Shown here: positions 40,909-50,459 of the stretch, piece by piece
Position numbering within the stretch: position 1 is the stretch's first letter
Layout of the letters: each line of letters opens with the position of its first letter
DNA from: Candidatus Cloacimonadales bacterium
GTDB lineage: Bacteria; Cloacimonadota; Cloacimonadia; Cloacimonadales; JAFGVF01
Direction of reading: 5' to 3'
NCBI GenBank assembly: GCA_963663475.2
Contig: CAXXJV010000001.1
Span: 2,176,001 to 2,240,000, forward strand
DNA: 64,000 bases
The notes under the pieces: generated by a model
Seen by the model: only the letters and a program-made list of their open reading frames with translations
Told to the model about the DNA's origin: nothing
The model's database searches: none
Position numbers and translations under genes: made by a program

Positions 40909-42516
40909 ATGGCAAAGCATATTTTTGTTATGGGTGGGGTGTTATCATCCCTTGGAAAAGGAATAGCTGCAGCTTCAATTGGACTCCTCTTAAAGAAAAT
41001 GGGCTACAATGTTGGGCTTCAAAAAATGGATCCCTATTTAAACGTTGACCCTGGAACTATGAGTCCTTATCAGCATGGTGAAGTTTTTGTTACTGATGAT
41101 GGAGCAGAAACTGATTTAGATTTAGGACATTATGAAAGATTTATTGATGTATCACTTTCAAAACTTTCTAGTGTTTCCTCAGGTCAAATTTATGAATCAG
41201 TGATTAAAAAAGAACGTAGGGGAGACTACTTAGGTAAGACAGTTCAGGTTATTCCTCATGTTACTAATGAAATTATATCCAAGGTTAAACAAATAGGGGA
41301 GATGTATGACGTTGTTATTACCGAGATAGGTGGAACTGTTGGTGATATTGAATCTCTCCCATTTCTAGAAGCAATTCGACAGTTTAGGATGGAAGTAGGT
41401 TCTGAAAACTCTTTATTTGTTCTTTTAACTTATGTACCATTTATCAAATCAGCAGGGGAGTTAAAAACAAAACCAACTCAACATAGTGCAATAAAACTCA
41501 GAGAAATTGGAATTCAACCAGATATTTTGCTTTGTAGATCTGAAAAAGCTTTCTCACAAGATATAATCAGTAAAATATCTTTATTCACAAATGTTCCATT
41601 AAAATCAGTAGTTAATGCTATAGATGTAAAATCTGTATTTAGTGTTCCTAGAAACTATTTTGTTGAAGGACTACACTCTACTATTTGTAATCAGCTAAGA
41701 CTTGAATGTCGAGATATTGATTTTACTGAACTTGATAATTATTTAAAGAGAATTCAAGCTCTTGAATCCGAAGTAACAATAGCAGTTTGTGGCAAATATG
41801 TTCAACACCAAGATGCATATAAATCTGTTGAACAGGCAATCATACATGCTGGTATTGCTAATGGGATTGATGTAAAAATTGAATGGATTGATTCTGAAAC
41901 AAGTTTTGATACTGAAAACCAAAAAGAAAAATTTAAAAAGATAGATGGGATTCTCATACCTGGTGGGTTTGGCTTAAGAGGTATTGAAGGTAAAGTTAAT
42001 ATAGTAAAATACGCAAGAGAAAATAATATTCCTTTCTTTGGTATCTGTTTAGGTATGCAAGTAGCAGTTATAGAATTTGCTAGAAACATCTGCAATATCA
42101 AAGATGCGTTCTCATCTGAGTTTGATAATTCTTGTGAAAATCCTGTCATCCACCTCATGGATGATCAAACTTATATTGATAAAATGGGGGGAACTATGAG
42201 ATTAGGAGCTTTCCCTTGTAAAGTGGAAGAAAATACTTTAGTTTGGGATGCTTACAAATCTAGTGAAATATCAGAAAGGCATAGACATCGCTATGAATTT
42301 AATAATGCCTATCGGGAAATTATGCAAGAGAATGGACTTGTAATATCAGGTACTTCACCAGATGAACTACTTGTCGAAATCATAGAGTATCCAAAAAATG
42401 ATTTCTTTGTAGCTGTGCAATTTCATCCAGAATTTTTATCACGTCCATTAAGACCACATCCAATTTTTTCTAGTTTCATAAAAGCTGCAGCTGAGAAAAA
42501 GAAGAAAAATAAATAA
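40909..42516 (+). CDS. pyrG: CTP synthase
   Basis: GGVLSSLGKG, DPYLNVDPGTMSPYQHGEVF, KTKPTQHS, GICLGMQ, ERHRHRYE, QFHPEF. Confidence 0.99.
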   Translation: MAKHIFVMGGVLSSLGKGIAAASIGLLLKKMGYNVGLQKMDPYLNVDPGTMSPYQHGEVFVTDDGAETDLDLGHYERFIDVSLSKLSSVSSGQIYESVIKKERRGDYLGKTVQVIPHVTNEIISKVKQIGEMYDVVITEIGGTVGDIESLPFLEAIRQFRMEVGSENSLFVLLTYVPFIKSAGELKTKPTQHSAIKLREIGIQPDILLCRSEKAFSQDIISKISLFTNVPLKSVVNAIDVKSVFSVPRNYFVEGLHSTICNQLRLECRDIDFTELDNYLKRIQALESEVTIAVCGKYVQHQDAYKSVEQAIIHAGIANGIDVKIEWIDSETSFDTENQKEKFKKIDGILIPGGFGLRGIEGKVNIVKYARENNIPFFGICLGMQVAVIEFARNICNIKDAFSSEFDNSCENPVIHLMDDQTYIDKMGGTMRLGAFPCKVEENTLVWDAYKSSEISERHRHRYEFNNAYREIMQENGLVISGTSPDELLVEIIEYPKNDFFVAVQFHPEFLSRPLRPHPIFSSFIKAAAEKKKKNK

Positions 42517-42523
42517 ACAATAT

Positions 42524-42570
42524 AAAAAGGATAAGGTATATAATATATAATATCTTATCCTTTTTCTTTT
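42524..42570 (+). terminator. Rho-independent terminator after pyrG
   Basis: AAAAAGGATAAGGTA...TATCTTATCCTTTTT plus T-rich tail. Confidence 0.7.
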
Positions 42571-42636
42571 TCTTTTTCTTAATTCTTGATATTCTATTGG
42601 GCTTCTATTTGGCAATCATTAGTAATCCATTAGTTT

Positions 42637-42801
42637 AACCCAAATAATGCAATAGATCTTTGAAAATAGCACTATATTCTTTTGCAAAAGTAACTTACAT
42701 AATTCTTCCGAATATATATATTATATGCGTCAGAATTCTGTAAGCTATTTTGCTAAAAGAATTTGCACTCTTCTGAAAAGCTCTATTGCACCATTTGGGT
42801 T
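42637..42801. repeat. ~165 bp imperfect palindrome (about 80 bp arms) between convergent pyrG and rnr
   Basis: AACCCAAATAATGCAATAGA pairs with TCTATTGCACCATTTGGGTT; ATTCTTTTGCAAAAGTAACTTACATAATTCT pairs with AGAATTCTGTAAGCTATTTTGCTAAAAGAAT. Confidence 0.85.
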
Positions 42802-42845
42802 TAATAGCTAATAGATACATAATAGTCACTATATAGTTAGCTAAG

Positions 42846-44993
42846 TTACTTCAAGAGAAGATCAAAGTAAATATCATCTGTAACTGCTGCTACTCTGATA
42901 GTAACAACTTGAGCAAGCTTAAATTCTCTCTTTTTCTTTTTCCCCCTAGCTATCATTTTTTCATCATCAACCACATAATAGTCACCAGGTATATTGCTTA
43001 ACTTAACGATACCAGTTATAGGGTATTTTTCTAGAGTTACAAAAATATTTGAAGAATTCATACCAGAAACAATTGCTTCATACTGATTTCCAATTCTCTC
43101 TTTCATAAAGTATTGAACCATTTTGTTTAGAATCTCTCTATAGGCCTCATCACTTAAGACTTCTTGTTCAGTAGCTATATCTGCTAGTTTAGTGAGTGTG
43201 TTTGAATTAAATCTCCAGCCATCATTTCCCAGAATATTTTTCAATTGCAGATGGATTACTAAATCTGATAAACGTCTAATTGGTGATGTAAAATGGGTAT
43301 AATTTTCAATAGATAAACCAAAATGTAAGTTATGTTTGGTAGTATATTGAGCTTTTTTCATTGCCCTTAGTATCATTTTATTAAAGACTTTTTCTTCTAC
43401 TTTACCTTCGAAAGACTTAAGAACCTCTTGAATTGAATGATTAAGATTGCCATTAAATTTTATCCTGTGACCATAATAAGCTAAAAGATTAGATACCCGT
43501 TCAATTTTTTCTTTATCTGGTAATTCATGAACACGATAAATAGTAGTTTTTGTTCTTTCCTTTAAAAAAGTAGCAACATATTCATTTGCTAAGAGCATGA
43601 AGTTTTCTATTAACTTATGAGAAGCTGTTTCTTCATTTTCAACAATTGATTCAAGATGTCCTTCATCATCATATATATAATTTACATCTGGAAGTCTAAA
43701 GTTTATGTAGCCATTACTCTTAAGTTTTGCAGAAAATTTATTTGAAATCCTTAAACATTCATTAAGCATTTCTTTAATTTCATCGTTTTGATCTAATTTC
43801 CCTGATGCGAAAAATTCATCAACTTCTTCATAATTTAATCTAGCATCTGAATTGATAATTGATTCAACTGCGTACTGTTCAATAACTTTATAGTCTTGAT
43901 TTAATTTACTTACTACAGATAAGGTTAGCTTTTCTTCATTAGGTCTTAAAGAACAAATCTTATTGGATATTTGTTCTGGTAACATAGGAATCACTCTTTT
44001 AGGGAAATAGAAGCTATTACCTCGCTTAGAAGCTTCTTTAAATAAGTTTGAAGAAGGTTTAACATAATGACCAACATCTGCTATGTGAACATAGAGGGTA
44101 TAACCAAAATCTTCCTTTACTAATGAGATTGCATCATCATAATCTTTAGCACTAATCGGATCAATAGTTAAAGTAACTATATCTCGAAAATCCTCTCTTC
44201 TCTCTTTCTCAGCTAATGGTATGAATTCACTTAATTCATTTGCTTCTTCAATAACCTTGGAAGGGAAATCTAGAGGTAAATTAAATTGTTTAATGACTCC
44301 TAATACTTCAATTTCTGGATCATGAGCATCACCTAGTATGCTTAAAACTTTTCCAGTAGGTAACTTACCCTTTTGTTTGTTTCCCCAGTTTGTTATTTCA
44401 ATCTCTACCTTCATATTATCAATATTCTGTTGAGGACTATCGACAATAATAGATGTATGGATTTTATGATTATCACAAATAAATATATAAGATTTACCGT
44501 ATTTTGTAGCATTACCTATCATTTTTTGATTAGCTCTTTCTACGACATTTTTTACTATACCATAAAACTTACCATTCTTCTGCTTAAAAGGAGCAATCTC
44601 TATCTTGTCACCGTGGTATGCATTTAAGAGGTCCTCGGATGAGAGGAAATAATCATTTTCAGGAGTTACAGCAAAACCAAAAGAGTAACCTTTTGCTAAA
44701 GATGTAGCATCAAAGGTTGCTTCAATTAATTTCATGTCATTATCATTTTTTGAAATCTTTTTAGATTTAGGATTTTTTTGACTATTAGAGATACCTTCTT
44801 TATTAGCCGTAATATATTGCCCTTCTTTAATTAATAGATTGTCTTTAATTAATTTTCTAACTGTGTCATTTAAATTCTTAAAGTCATGTTTCTTTATAGT
44901 TAAAATACTTGAAATCTCTTTTATTTTGAGTTGTGCTCCTGGATATTGACTAAAAAGAGTCAACACTCTATCTCCAATTTCTTTAATATACAT
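42846..44993 (-). CDS. rnr: Ribonuclease R
   Basis: TIDPISAKDYDDAIS, VHIADV, LIENFMLLANE, YTHFTSPIRRLSDL, C-terminal S1. Confidence 0.95.
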   Translation of the reverse strand: MYIKEIGDRVLTLFSQYPGAQLKIKEISSILTIKKHDFKNLNDTVRKLIKDNLLIKEGQYITANKEGISNSQKNPKSKKISKNDNDMKLIEATFDATSLAKGYSFGFAVTPENDYFLSSEDLLNAYHGDKIEIAPFKQKNGKFYGIVKNVVERANQKMIGNATKYGKSYIFICDNHKIHTSIIVDSPQQNIDNMKVEIEITNWGNKQKGKLPTGKVLSILGDAHDPEIEVLGVIKQFNLPLDFPSKVIEEANELSEFIPLAEKERREDFRDIVTLTIDPISAKDYDDAISLVKEDFGYTLYVHIADVGHYVKPSSNLFKEASKRGNSFYFPKRVIPMLPEQISNKICSLRPNEEKLTLSVVSKLNQDYKVIEQYAVESIINSDARLNYEEVDEFFASGKLDQNDEIKEMLNECLRISNKFSAKLKSNGYINFRLPDVNYIYDDEGHLESIVENEETASHKLIENFMLLANEYVATFLKERTKTTIYRVHELPDKEKIERVSNLLAYYGHRIKFNGNLNHSIQEVLKSFEGKVEEKVFNKMILRAMKKAQYTTKHNLHFGLSIENYTHFTSPIRRLSDLVIHLQLKNILGNDGWRFNSNTLTKLADIATEQEVLSDEAYREILNKMVQYFMKERIGNQYEAIVSGMNSSNIFVTLEKYPITGIVKLSNIPGDYYVVDDEKMIARGKKKKREFKLAQVVTIRVAAVTDDIYFDLLLK

Positions 44994-44994
44994 A

Positions 44995-45474
44995 TTAATA
45001 TCTCTTTCCTATTTTTATTGCTAAAAAATCAAGTAGCTCTTTTTTTTCGAGCTGGTCTTTAGAATATCTGATTGACATTCCACGAAATGGGTCTAATCTA
45101 CGGGGTGTTTTAAAAGTAGAAAGCATTACCCCATGTTTATCTGAATAAAAACATCCAAAGTCTTTATATGGCCTTTGTACTTTCATAAAGATATATTTAG
45201 CAACAACTTTTGTATCATAAAATATATATCTACTAGGTATAAAATAAGACCATATACTAATCAAGATAAGTAACATACTTACCCAAAACCAGGTTATAGG
45301 TAAAAGTAAAGCATTCTGAATAAACCATCTTAATAATAATGATAAAAATACTAAAAATATTATCAATAGGGTAGAGGTACGTGGTCTATCTATAAAAGGG
45401 AAAGAGGTAAAATCAAAATGAATCTTTTCCTCTTTAGACTTATTTTGCTTACTTTTATGATTCTTATTGGACAT
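44995..45474 (-). CDS. Hypothetical two-TM membrane protein
   Basis: Two hydrophobic helices then a soluble domain (LSTFKTPRRLDPFRG); coupled to yicC and rnr. Confidence 0.75.
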   Translation of the reverse strand: MSNKNHKSKQNKSKEEKIHFDFTSFPFIDRPRTSTLLIIFLVFLSLLLRWFIQNALLLPITWFWVSMLLILISIWSYFIPSRYIFYDTKVVAKYIFMKVQRPYKDFGCFYSDKHGVMLSTFKTPRRLDPFRGMSIRYSKDQLEKKELLDFLAIKIGKRY

Positions 45475-46345
45475 TTAAAATCATCTCCTTACACTTATCT
45501 ATTTCCTCTTTAATTCTCAAAATATATTCAAAAGTCTCAGGTATACTAAATTTAGAACCTAAGGTGTTTGCTTCCCTATGCATCTCTTGGATAATAAAAT
45601 TAAAGGACTTTCCTACACAGTTTTCCTGAGAATCAAGGAGAGCTTTACACTTATTTATATGATCTAAGAGACGAACTACCTCTTCGGTAACATCATTTCT
45701 ATCTACATAAAAGGCAGCTTCAACGACTATTCTTCTGAGTATATCATCAGTAATATCAGATTTAAGCATTTCTTTAATATTATCTACTATCTTGTTGTAT
45801 ATAAGATCTTTATACTTAGGTATAATTTCTTTAATCTTGTCTGTCGATTCTTCAATATTAGATAGGGAAGACCTAAAGAAATCTAACATTATAGATCCTT
45901 CTTGGATAGCCATTGCTTGATGGTCTTCTAAAGCCTTGGTTATAGCCAAGCTTAGGCTATCAAGGAGCTCTTCATCATTACCTTTTTGAGATTTCATTTC
46001 TAAGATACCTTGGTATAAGAGAATCCTGTCTAAAGAAATGTCACTAGTGGTATTTAATAGTTTTTTTGCTCTTTGACCTGCTTCCCAGATTGCCTTTAAC
46101 TTTCCTTCGTTGATTTTTAACTCTGGCTCACTTAAATCTGAGATATTTATTCTACATTCAATATTACCACGTACTATAGTTTCTTTGACTAGCTTACTTG
46201 CAAAAGATTCTAGGTAAGAATATTCACGTGCGGAATAAAACCTAAAATCATAGTATTTTGAATTCAACGATTTAATCTCTACTTCAATATCATATTTGTC
46301 ATTTACTAAATTATATTTACCGTATCCGGTCATACTTTTAAACAT
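45464..46345 (-). CDS. yicC: YicC/YloC-family endoribonuclease
   Basis: MFKSMTGYG, EIKSLN, DVTEEVVRL..H, FIIQEMHREANTLGSK. Confidence 0.93.
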   Translation of the reverse strand: MFKSMTGYGKYNLVNDKYDIEVEIKSLNSKYYDFRFYSAREYSYLESFASKLVKETIVRGNIECRINISDLSEPELKINEGKLKAIWEAGQRAKKLLNTTSDISLDRILLYQGILEMKSQKGNDEELLDSLSLAITKALEDHQAMAIQEGSIMLDFFRSSLSNIEESTDKIKEIIPKYKDLIYNKIVDNIKEMLKSDITDDILRRIVVEAAFYVDRNDVTEEVVRLLDHINKCKALLDSQENCVGKSFNFIIQEMHREANTLGSKFSIPETFEYILRIKEEIDKCKEMILNVQ

Positions 46346-46467
46346 TTATATATTACTCCATTTTATTATATATTTATAAAGTCTTGTTAGACTGATCTAT
46401 ATGTAAGTTTACATAATAAGTCTTATGCGATAATTTCTTTATTCCAATTCTTTTCGCTCTTAAGTTC

Positions 46468-49431
46468 TTATTCTTTAACATAACAGATACCTCTCTTACC
46501 ATCCATTTTGATAGACAAAGGCTTGTTTGTCTTAACAAGTTTAACATACTTCTTATCTTCAATAACCTCTAGATTGTTTAGTTTATCCCAGTGGACTAAA
46601 TTATCGTCTTCAGCGAATGGTACTGAAACATAGCCAATGTTCATTGATAAAATATTATGGAAGAAGTGAGTTCCCTGAGAAGGATCAACCCTGAAGTTTT
46701 CTAGGCCAGCTTCAACAATAACCTTGGCCATTGATATATTACTAAAGGCGGTTGGAATGCCTAAGAAACGGTCTCTAGATCCCCATCGACCTGGACCAAT
46801 TAAGACATAATGTATGTTTTTGTCTAGCATCTTTTTATTAATATCATCAATTTCATTCATTATTTCAATAGTTTCTGTATTATCGAATGTTTGAGGTTTA
46901 ACATAGACTATGTGTTCTAAATCATCAATAATACCATTTCCCATTGAATAATTAGAATAAATCAAGCAGTCTTGTGGTTGGGCCTCATGTGAATCAATAA
47001 CAACATCTTCAGCGTTTATAGATAATGGTCTAATCTGAAGAATATAAAAAGTTCCTTGTTTTATCTTTTGACTATTTGCCTGAAGATTCACAGCAAATTC
47101 AATTTCAACTGGAACTCCCATTGCAACTTCACCAATAGAGAGAAGATCTTCTAAAATACTGGCAAGAGGGAATCTATTATATTTAACAATATTTTCAAAT
47201 GTTACTACTGGCATGCCTTCGCCAAACATTCCTGAAATAAAGGCCTTACTGTTATAATCCCAATAAGATACAATATCTTTTAAGGCAGATTTAATTTCAT
47301 TATCTCTGATTGATACCTTTTTGAGACAGACATCTTCCCCACTTAAAAGGTCATATGAATCATCTGTTAAATCAATTGCATAGAATTCTTTTTGGGAATT
47401 ACCAACTAAATACTCTCCAGAAATAAGTTCTTTTTTAGGAAATTTAGGACAGAATCTATAAGTGTTTTCACCTTCTACTACAGATTTTCCCATACCTACA
47501 GCAATTGTTGCAATACCATCTGAGTTCTCAAGATCTGAAGTTGGGTAAAAGTTGAAAGATTGGGCAACCCCAGAAAAATTAGGAAAATAATATTTACCAA
47601 ACTTGGAACCAGTTACTTCTTGTATTATTACAGCCATTTTCTCTTCAGCAATCATATAATTAACATTCTCTATATAATCACGTGCTTTTTTAACAAAAAT
47701 CGAAGAATAAACAAGTTTTACCGCGTTAGTAAGATCTTGATATCTTTCAATAACTTTTTTGGAATTATTAGGTAACATATAAGTTGAATAAATACCTGCA
47801 AAAGGTTGTGCCTGAGAATCTTCAAGTAAACTTGAAGACCTAACTGCAAGAGGTTTCTTTAATTCTAATATCACTTGGTAAAGTCTGTGTTCTAGTTCTT
47901 CTGATAACCTACAAGTCAAAAAGTATCTTTCAATTTCCTCATCAGATTGCTCAGTAATATCACTAGTAATATTATTTAATTCAATGAAATTATCAAACTC
48001 ATTAGTTCCAATAATGCATGTTGCAGGAACTGAAATATTGAAATCTGGATAGCTTTCATCAAACTCCATTGAATTTAGTAAAGAGTTCATAAAAGCTAGA
48101 CCTCTCCCCTTTCCTCCCAGCGATCCTTCTGCTATTTTAACAATTTGATCTTCTAAATTAAATTCAGCATTATCAAAATTAATTATCTTACCTCTAGCCC
48201 TTAAAGATCTGACTTCCTTGAAAGTATTTAGTAGAAAATCTCTTAACTCTGTGGTTGAAGAAAATTCACTAGTGCTAATTGGTCTTATTTTCTTAGCAAC
48301 AAGAAATTCACCATGAGCAATTAACCAGGAAGAAAAGTGATTTCTTCTTGAATGAAACAATAGGCTTATCTCAGGTATATCTGTTAGTATATTTTCAAAT
48401 TCCTTTAAAGTATTAGCCTTTCCATATTGGTTTCCAGCTTCATCTTTAAAAATAAAATCTCCGTAACCCAGATTTGTTTTTATAAAGTGTTTTAGCTCTT
48501 TCATGAGGTTTCTATCATGTTTTCTTATAAAAGATGCCTTATGCTTAAGAACTTGGTCTTTATACTCTTTATTAGCAGACTGCATCAAAATAGGTAGGTC
48601 TGCATTCATAGATCTTATTTCTTGTAAAAGTTTTATACCTGCACCTAGATAATCATCGTCTTGCTTTGGAAAATCAATATCTGAGATTAAACAGACGATA
48701 AACTCTTTATATTTATTATAAATATCAATAGCATCCTCATAATTGTTAGCCAAAATTACTTTTGGTCTAGCTCTCATCCGTAAGCGTTTATTCATATCAT
48801 TCATTTCAGTATCGATTAAAAGCTGAGTTTGCTTCATGATCTCAGCATAAAGCAAAGGAAGATAAGAGGAATAGAAGTTAATTGAATCCTCAACTAATAA
48901 TATTACTCTAACTAAACCAACTGTTGTATCGAAATCACAGTTCCATCTATCCTCAACATATTTGATCATAGCAAGGAAGAGCTTACTATCTCCATTCCAG
49001 TAAAATACGTTATCAATATGAACCATCTTATCAGGGAATTTTTTAATTAAGTTGATATCACCTGTATTATTTAGGAGTAAGAGGACAGGTGTCTTGGGAG
49101 AAAGATCCTTTATTGATTTTGAAAGCTCATAGGGGATTGTCTCCCCTACTCTCATCATAGTAATAACTAAATCATATTTATGAATTGAAACCTTTTTTAA
49201 AGCTTCTTCTTTAGTTGGTACTGAAGTGATTCGTGGTATAGTAGTTAGATTTAGATGCTTATACTCTCCAAAAATCTGTTCAGACAGTCTCCCATCTTGC
49301 TCAAAAATATAAGCATCGTAAAATGATGATACCATTAAGATATCTTTAACTCTCTTTTTCATTAAATAATGAAAGTTATCTTCACCAAATTTGAATTTAT
49401 TATAATGATAGTTTAACTGTTTTAAATCCAT
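46468..49431 (-). CDS. Receiver-like domains fused to PEP/pyruvate-binding (PPDK_N, ATP-grasp) domain
   Basis: YDAYIFEQDGR, ILLVEDSINFYSSYLP, GSLGGKGRGLAF, PLAVRSSSLLEDS..QPFAGIYSTY, VEIEFA, LQIRP, GPGRWGS, SQGTHFF. Confidence 0.85.
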   Translation of the reverse strand: MDLKQLNYHYNKFKFGEDNFHYLMKKRVKDILMVSSFYDAYIFEQDGRLSEQIFGEYKHLNLTTIPRITSVPTKEEALKKVSIHKYDLVITMMRVGETIPYELSKSIKDLSPKTPVLLLLNNTGDINLIKKFPDKMVHIDNVFYWNGDSKLFLAMIKYVEDRWNCDFDTTVGLVRVILLVEDSINFYSSYLPLLYAEIMKQTQLLIDTEMNDMNKRLRMRARPKVILANNYEDAIDIYNKYKEFIVCLISDIDFPKQDDDYLGAGIKLLQEIRSMNADLPILMQSANKEYKDQVLKHKASFIRKHDRNLMKELKHFIKTNLGYGDFIFKDEAGNQYGKANTLKEFENILTDIPEISLLFHSRRNHFSSWLIAHGEFLVAKKIRPISTSEFSSTTELRDFLLNTFKEVRSLRARGKIINFDNAEFNLEDQIVKIAEGSLGGKGRGLAFMNSLLNSMEFDESYPDFNISVPATCIIGTNEFDNFIELNNITSDITEQSDEEIERYFLTCRLSEELEHRLYQVILELKKPLAVRSSSLLEDSQAQPFAGIYSTYMLPNNSKKVIERYQDLTNAVKLVYSSIFVKKARDYIENVNYMIAEEKMAVIIQEVTGSKFGKYYFPNFSGVAQSFNFYPTSDLENSDGIATIAVGMGKSVVEGENTYRFCPKFPKKELISGEYLVGNSQKEFYAIDLTDDSYDLLSGEDVCLKKVSIRDNEIKSALKDIVSYWDYNSKAFISGMFGEGMPVVTFENIVKYNRFPLASILEDLLSIGEVAMGVPVEIEFAVNLQANSQKIKQGTFYILQIRPLSINAEDVVIDSHEAQPQDCLIYSNYSMGNGIIDDLEHIVYVKPQTFDNTETIEIMNEIDDINKKMLDKNIHYVLIGPGRWGSRDRFLGIPTAFSNISMAKVIVEAGLENFRVDPSQGTHFFHNILSMNIGYVSVPFAEDDNLVHWDKLNNLEVIEDKKYVKLVKTNKPLSIKMDGKRGICYVKE

Positions 49432-49460
49432 TATCCCTTCTTTCTATTATCTTTAATATA

Positions 49461-49488
49461 ATACTATAAGGTCTGAATTATTTGTCAA
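49461..49488 (-). promoter_or_regulatory. Putative sigma70 promoter of the REC-PPDK_N gene
   Basis: TTGACA-N16-TAGTAT on the minus strand. Confidence 0.5.
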
Positions 49489-50396
49489 TAGTTTTCTCTA
49501 CTAATGAGCTTTTACTACTTTTAAAAACATGTTCTATCAAGTTTCAAAATTCTAGAGAAATATATTTATTGATATCTAAATGAGTCTAACTTTCTATAAT
49601 ACAAGAATATATCTTATGCAATCCAGATAGTAATAGTAAAGAGGTTCATTTTTTTTTTGAGAATTAATTAAGAGAATTTATCTTGAACTTGATTAGATAT
49701 CTTGGAAATTGTAGTATTTTTTTATGAGAACAATGATGCTTAACTTTTCATATTTATAATCTCTCGATAGCTCTTACTTTATCAAACTATTCAATTTTTT
49801 ACTGTTATTACTCAAATTTAGATGGGTACTCAGCTAGCTTACATATCTATAAATCCATGACTAAATACTAAAAATTTTGTGAATAATGTTTACTCTTGTA
49901 AAACTTTCTTACTTATTAGACGCTAACAAAAAATACTAGAGAAATGCTTTAGTAATGCTTTATAAGTTTATTCCATGATAAAATTCCAATTGGTTAGTAA
50001 ATATCGTAACCATTTATATTTTCAAAGTAATAATTCAGTTATGTGATATCAATTAACTATTTCCAAAATGAAATTATCTAAAGCATGTTAGTAAAGCTTA
50101 GATTACGATTAAAAGTCTAACCTCTATGTAGTAGCTAATATCTGTTATATTAATAAAAATGAACTTGAATCACAATGTCCGTATATGAATCAACACAACA
50201 TATTGCTAATGTAAATAAAAAATAATTTGGTAAAATAATTTTTATGATTATTAATATAATATCTTTTGTAAAAATGATCAAACAAAAGACCCAGATGCAG
50301 AAAAATAAATAATTAATGATTTGTAAAAAATGCCTATTATTAGTGGCTTTTAAAGTTACGATAAACATTTTGATTATTACATTTTATTAATTATTA

Positions 50397-50436
50397 TTGA
50401 CATAAATGACAGCATTTCGTAATTTTGTACTGTCAT
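50397..50436 (+). promoter_or_regulatory. Promoter of the BirA-like gene overlapped by an inverted repeat (candidate operator)
   Basis: TTGACA-N17-TAATTT (50397-50425) overlapped by ATGACAG-N17-CTGTCAT (50406-50436). Confidence 0.6.
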
Positions 50437-50459
50437 CAAAAATAATGAAGGGAGAAAAG

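Noticed and set aside
46374-46562. 62 aa ORF overlapping the 3' end of the REC-PPDK_N gene (possible frameshift extension)
   Set aside because: The main gene ends normally after its MDGKRG-containing C-terminus; no slippery site or RBS
50150-50368. 72 aa ORF in the long intergenic region
   Set aside because: Composition typical of random AT-rich sequence, with no RBS or motif
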